A DNA stretch of 64,000 nt from Nitrosopumilus sp. (GTDB lineage Archaea > Thermoproteota > Nitrososphaeria > Nitrososphaerales > Nitrosopumilaceae): positions 448,001-512,000 of the forward strand of contig OZ244650.1 of assembly GCA_965218785.1 (NCBI GenBank). Reading direction: 5' to 3'. The notes beneath the pieces are model-generated. The model saw only the letters and a list, made by a program, of their open reading frames with translations, was not told where the DNA came from and ran no database searches. This document shows, one piece after another, positions 59,691 to 64,000 of the stretch. A program made the position numbers and the translations under genes. How positions within the stretch are numbered: the stretch's first letter is position 1; each line of letters starts with the position of its first letter.

Positions 59691-61718
59691 TTATTTTCTT
59701 TTAATAAATCCAATAATGCCTACTACTGTTATGATTCCTGCAATTATTCCAATCTGTCTTTCTGGAATGTCTGGCATATCTGGCCTTTGGTAACTTTCTA
59801 GAATGGAATTGGTTTGAATTGTATTAAACGCATTTGAGGTGTTTCCATTAATCCTGATTTTGGCATCTATCCAATATTCCGTATTTTCATGAATTTCTAT
59901 CGAGGCTGTCTTGCCTGGTGTTGCAGTTGTGGTATCTGTTTTTCCATCCCTGCTATTTGTCACTGAAATCTTTACAAAATCCCATTTTTCTGGATGACGA
60001 ATTTCAAAGAAGAGTTTTTGATTATCCTGATTTACGGAAACAGAGCCTACCGTATAATGCAATAGGAATGGAATCGTATATGATGTCCCATCATGGTTTA
60101 GCATTATCTTTCCCTCATGATCTCCAAAATTCTCCTCAATCACACTCATCTTGATTTGTAAGGTGCCCTCCTCAACAACATGTGCAAATTTTATGAATTC
60201 CGGTCCTTCAAATTTTACATCAATGCCATCTAACGTGCCATCAATGAGTTTGAGATCAAACCGTTTTTCAGCAATCCGATTATCTGATGATAGACTCGCA
60301 ACAAAATTTGGCGGTGTAATAATCAGTTTTGCGCCATAGGCACTGCCTATATCCAACCTTCCGGCGCCTGCCTCATGAACCGAGAATTCCCGACCATAGG
60401 CGTCAAAAACAGGCTTGGATGTGGTAAGTAATAGTGATTTGATCTCATGATGGTGCAGATCCGGATTTTTTTGAAGCAGCAACGCTGCCGCTCCTGAAAC
60501 ATGGGGTGCCGCATAGCTGGTTCCGCTTGTAAATTCGTATCCTGCATTGTTTTGCGTGGAATTGATATATGCGCCGGGTGCTACAATTTCTGGTTTTATG
60601 TAAAATGGTGATACCGGTCCCCTAGAACTAAAATGTGTCACAACGTCCGGATTATAAAATAAATGCATACTTGCCTCGCTGCCGTTTCTTATTGAATCTA
60701 TGATTTCCAGTCCCTCTTCTCTGTCTATGGACACGACTGGAATTCGTGGCTTGTATTCGGGCTCTACAAACTCGTGAATTAACTCTCCTAGGAAAATCCC
60801 CGGCTCATTGTTGTAGACAATCAATGCCTTGGCTCCTGCATCTGCCGCATTATTTTCCTTAATTGAAAAATACAACAGCTCATCTTCAACATCACTTCCA
60901 CGCTCAACAATTAGTATTGCGCCTTTAACATCGAGCTCTCTTAAATCTTCAATTTTTCCATAACCTCCAAAAATTATTTTACTTGTGATCAACTCCTCGA
61001 GCTTTACAGTGTCCACCATTGGAATTACAGTATATGCTTTTTCATCTATTTCTAGTGTTGCAACCAAACTTGAAGTTAGATTGTTATATGTTGCACCTAC
61101 TGTAATCGAACCAAAGTTTCTACCAGGACTGCCAATTGTTTCCAATCCTGGCCCGTCGTTTCCTGCAGCAGTTACTACGAAAATTTCTTTCTCTAATGCG
61201 TGATTTATCGAATGTTCGATTTTGATATTTGTTCTGTTTACCCCCAAACTGATATTGATGATATCTGCCCCATCTTCTATAGCTTTTTCAATGGCCCTGA
61301 TGATTAATTCTGATGAGACGCCTTCCCCGTCTTCTGAGACTTTGTAGGCAAGAATTTTTGCCTTGGGTGCTATTCCAACTATCTCTCCGTCAGCTGCGAT
61401 TACACCTGCAACCTGTGTACCATGACCGTTTGCGTCCATTGGGGGCCTACCTTCCTGTACAAAGTTGTACCCCCCTACCACCTTTCCATCAGAACCCCAT
61501 CCAAAAAGATCCGGATGATTAAAGTCCACCCCTGTATCAATTACCGCTATTTTGATTCCGGTTCCGTCAATTCCGTCCATTCTTGGAATTTCGGTTCCAA
61601 CATATGGGACGCTTCTTTCTAGATATGTTCGAATCTCATCTTCAGATTGGAGGGGTACAGATAAGACAAAAACTGTCAGAAATACCACCATTACAGAAAA
61701 AACTGCTAGGAATTTCAC
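59691..61718 (-). CDS. S8 subtilisin-like serine protease with PA domain and C-terminal TM anchor
   Basis: IDTG (Asp), HGT (His), GTSYA (Ser), AAGN; PA insert; GTG at 61718 preferred because the ORF-track start overlaps sod. Confidence 0.92.
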   Translation of the reverse strand: MKFLAVFSVMVVFLTVFVLSVPLQSEDEIRTYLERSVPYVGTEIPRMDGIDGTGIKIAVIDTGVDFNHPDLFGWGSDGKVVGGYNFVQEGRPPMDANGHGTQVAGVIAADGEIVGIAPKAKILAYKVSEDGEGVSSELIIRAIEKAIEDGADIINISLGVNRTNIKIEHSINHALEKEIFVVTAAGNDGPGLETIGSPGRNFGSITVGATYNNLTSSLVATLEIDEKAYTVIPMVDTVKLEELITSKIIFGGYGKIEDLRELDVKGAILIVERGSDVEDELLYFSIKENNAADAGAKALIVYNNEPGIFLGELIHEFVEPEYKPRIPVVSIDREEGLEIIDSIRNGSEASMHLFYNPDVVTHFSSRGPVSPFYIKPEIVAPGAYINSTQNNAGYEFTSGTSYAAPHVSGAAALLLQKNPDLHHHEIKSLLLTTSKPVFDAYGREFSVHEAGAGRLDIGSAYGAKLIITPPNFVASLSSDNRIAEKRFDLKLIDGTLDGIDVKFEGPEFIKFAHVVEEGTLQIKMSVIEENFGDHEGKIMLNHDGTSYTIPFLLHYTVGSVSVNQDNQKLFFEIRHPEKWDFVKISVTNSRDGKTDTTTATPGKTASIEIHENTEYWIDAKIRINGNTSNAFNTIQTNSILESYQRPDMPDIPERQIGIIAGIITVVGIIGFIKRK

Positions 61719-61796
61719 TGATTTTCTAACTATTCCAACATGTAAAAATGAATTGCTTGCTAAAGCAATAAATTGAATAAATTTTCCAAAGGATTC

Positions 61797-62417
61797 ATGG
61801 GAAAATACACACTTCCTGAAATGCCATATGCTTATGATGCATTGGAACCTCATATTGACGCAAGAACAATGGAGATTCATCATACAAAACATCATCAAAC
61901 ATACACTGACAAACTAAATGCAGCCCTTGAAACATGTCCAGCTGAGATTCAAGAAAAAGATATCATTGACATTCTGTCTGATATTAACTCAGTACCAGAT
62001 GACAAAAGAGGTGCAATTAATTTTAACGGTGGTGGTTATGACAACCATAGGCTATTTTGGAACAACATGAAAGCAAATGGAGGCGGAGAACCCGGAGGAT
62101 CAATTGCTGATGCAATCAAAGATTCTTTTGGAAGCTTCTCTGACTTTAAAGAGAAATTTTCATCCACTACAGCAGTAATTCAAGGCAGTGGTTGGGGATG
62201 GTTAGTATACAATCCTTCCTCAGGAAAGGTAGAATACAAATCAATGCCAAACCAAACCAGTCCAAGAACAAAAAAATTGGTGCCATTATTAGGCTGTGAT
62301 GTTTGGGAGCATGCATACTATCTCAACTATCAAAACAAAAGACCAGTCTACATTGCAGCATGGTGGAATGTAGTTAATTGGGACGAAGTAGAAGATAGAT
62401 TCTCAAAAGCAAAATAA
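61797..62417 (+). CDS. sod: Fe/Mn superoxide dismutase
   Basis: HHTKHH, NH, GSGWGWL, DVWEHAYY. Confidence 0.97.
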   Translation: MGKYTLPEMPYAYDALEPHIDARTMEIHHTKHHQTYTDKLNAALETCPAEIQEKDIIDILSDINSVPDDKRGAINFNGGGYDNHRLFWNNMKANGGGEPGGSIADAIKDSFGSFSDFKEKFSSTTAVIQGSGWGWLVYNPSSGKVEYKSMPNQTSPRTKKLVPLLGCDVWEHAYYLNYQNKRPVYIAAWWNVVNWDEVEDRFSKAK

Positions 62418-62503
62418 AGTTTCATCTTTATTTTTTTTATTCATTTTTCATTATACTTGCTTTATGAATGAATTTATAACCATCCGAAGAATGCTTGTTG
62501 TAA

Positions 62504-62929
62504 ATGAGTGAAGAACAGACCCAGCAATTAATGCAGCAGATGCAAATGCTTGAAACATATTTTTCTGATCTATCCCAACGGGAGGGAACCTTTCTTAATA
62601 TTTTAAGAGAGGCAATGGCTGCAATTGAATCCATCAAATCCCTTAGTCAAAAGTCTGATTCGGATGTTCTTGTTCCAATTGGAATGGGGACGTATATTCC
62701 TACAAAAATTTCATCCGGCAACAAAATTGTTTTGAATATCGGCGCAGGTGTTGCCGTGGAAAAAGATTTTCCTTCAACTATAAACTATCTTGAAGCACGA
62801 ATTAAAGAGATTGAAGTTGCCCTGCAAGACACTGTTGCAAAAAAACAAAACGCGGCAGCACGGTTAGAGCAAGGTAAGGAGCAGATTAATCAATTGATGC
62901 AATCTGCATCACAACCAAAATCGGGATAA
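62504..62929 (+). CDS. pfdA: Prefoldin alpha subunit
   Basis: LVPIGMG, NIGAGVAVEK, flanking coiled coils. Confidence 0.93.
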   Translation: MSEEQTQQLMQQMQMLETYFSDLSQREGTFLNILREAMAAIESIKSLSQKSDSDVLVPIGMGTYIPTKISSGNKIVLNIGAGVAVEKDFPSTINYLEARIKEIEVALQDTVAKKQNAAARLEQGKEQINQLMQSASQPKSG

Positions 62930-62931
62930 AA

Positions 62932-64000
62932 ATGTTTGATAATCTTCGTAATGCATTTTCTAATGTGGCAAAAAGTCTCAGTGAGAAGGAACTTGGCAAA
63001 AAAGACATTGAGGATGCTCTTTTCGAATTAGAAATTTCTCTTTTGAAATCAGATGTGGCCAGTGAAGTAGTAGATGCAATCAAATCTGATTTGAATACCA
63101 AATTGATTGGCTCAAAAATTGACAAGCATGATATTGGAAAATTTGTTAAAGATACTTTGATTTCAAATATTTCTACGCTATTTGATGATGCGGGACAAAT
63201 TGATCTTTTTGAAAAAATTAATGAAAAAAAGAATCAAGAACAGCCGTTTTTGATTTTATTTGTTGGAATTAACGGTACTGGGAAAACCACTTCTTTGGCC
63301 AAGGTTGCGTACATGCTGCAGCAGGCAAAATATTCTGTTGTCGTTGCGGCATCTGATACTTTTAGAGCCGGTGCCATAGAGCAGTTGCGAGAACACACTA
63401 AACGTCTTAACCTAAAACTTGTTGCACAGAATTATAATTCAGATCCAGCAGCTGTTGCTAGAGACGCCGTATTGTATGCCAAATCACACAAAACAGATTG
63501 CGTGCTAATTGATACTGCAGGCAGAATGCAAACAAGCAAAAATTTGATGGAGCAAATTGAAAAAATCACCAAAGTTGTTAATCCTGACATGAAAATCTTT
63601 GTAGGTGATTCTTTAGCTGGAAATGATACAGTTAATCAAGCACGCACATTCTTTGAACATGTTAATTTTGATGCTTCTATTTTGACTAAAAGTGATGCAG
63701 ATGCACAAGGAGGAGCAGCCTTATCAATTGTTAAAGTCACTTCTACTCCGATAATTTACGTTGGAATTGGACAAGAATACTCTGATCTTAAACCCTTTGA
63801 TAAGAAAACTTTTCTGGAAACTGTTTTTGGTTCTTTGGATGATGTTGATGTGAAGGAAAAGACAGAACCAACACCAGAACCAACACCAGAACCAACACCA
63901 GAACCAACACCAGAACCAACACCAGAACCAACACCAGAACCAACACCAGAACCAACACCAGAACCAACACCAGAACCAACACCAGAACCAACACCAGAAC
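62932..64000 (+). CDS. ftsY: SRP receptor FtsY (truncated by window end) with C-terminal (EPTP)n
   Basis: Not in ORF track (no stop in window). MFDNLR start, GINGTGKTT, DTFRAGA, DTAGR, TKSDAD, GIGQEYSDL. Confidence 0.95.
   Translation, partial: MFDNLRNAFSNVAKSLSEKELGKKDIEDALFELEISLLKSDVASEVVDAIKSDLNTKLIGSKIDKHDIGKFVKDTLISNISTLFDDAGQIDLFEKINEKKNQEQPFLILFVGINGTGKTTSLAKVAYMLQQAKYSVVVAASDTFRAGAIEQLREHTKRLNLKLVAQNYNSDPAAVARDAVLYAKSHKTDCVLIDTAGRMQTSKNLMEQIEKITKVVNPDMKIFVGDSLAGNDTVNQARTFFEHVNFDASILTKSDADAQGGAALSIVKVTSTPIIYVGIGQEYSDLKPFDKKTFLETVFGSLDDVDVKEKTEPTPEPTPEPTPEPTPEPTPEPTPEPTPEPTPEPTPEPTPEPTPE
63865..64000. repeat. 12-bp perfect tandem repeat (gaaccaacacca), at least 11 copies
   Basis: Eleven full units plus a partial unit at the window edge. 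Confidence 0.97.

Noticed and set aside
63788-63994. Minus-strand (LV)n ORF
   Set aside because: Antisense reading of the ftsY (EPTP)n repeat.

Overview
This 64-kb window looks like core chromosome of an ammonia-oxidising archaeon (Nitrosopumilaceae, Thaumarchaeota/Nitrososphaerota). The supporting markers are an unsplit Rpo1 (A'+A''), PEFG-CTERM and CFI-box-CTERM surface proteins, S-layer paralogues and an intron-containing tRNA. Most of the window is housekeeping: rpoH-B-A, rpl30e-nusA-rps12-rps7, rps13-rps4, rpl1/10/11/12, spt5-secE, leuS, alaS, glmS, pckA, sod, prefoldin and ftsY. The main points of interest are: (i) four tandem PEFG-CTERM genes, three of which have unrelated bodies but a 108-nt 3' end that is 95-97% identical and contains a 50-nt imperfect hairpin, like a cassette array with a constant tail; (ii) an unannotated 50-aa Cys-rich microprotein divergent from an ArsR-like regulator, next to an MCO-ZIP/CDF metal locus with two DtxR-like boxes; (iii) a larB/larC/larE nickel-pincer cofactor locus with iscS and mdh but no larA, adjacent to a Grs-like radical SAM gene; (iv) an AT-rich islet with a degenerate hicB-hicA pair and frameshifted ORFs; (v) perfect in-frame microsatellites, (EMMREE)8 in an ABC binding protein and (EPTP)11+ at the C-terminus of FtsY. 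I saw no CRISPR array, rRNA, integrase or transposase. All calls come from motif recognition by eye; no database search was run.
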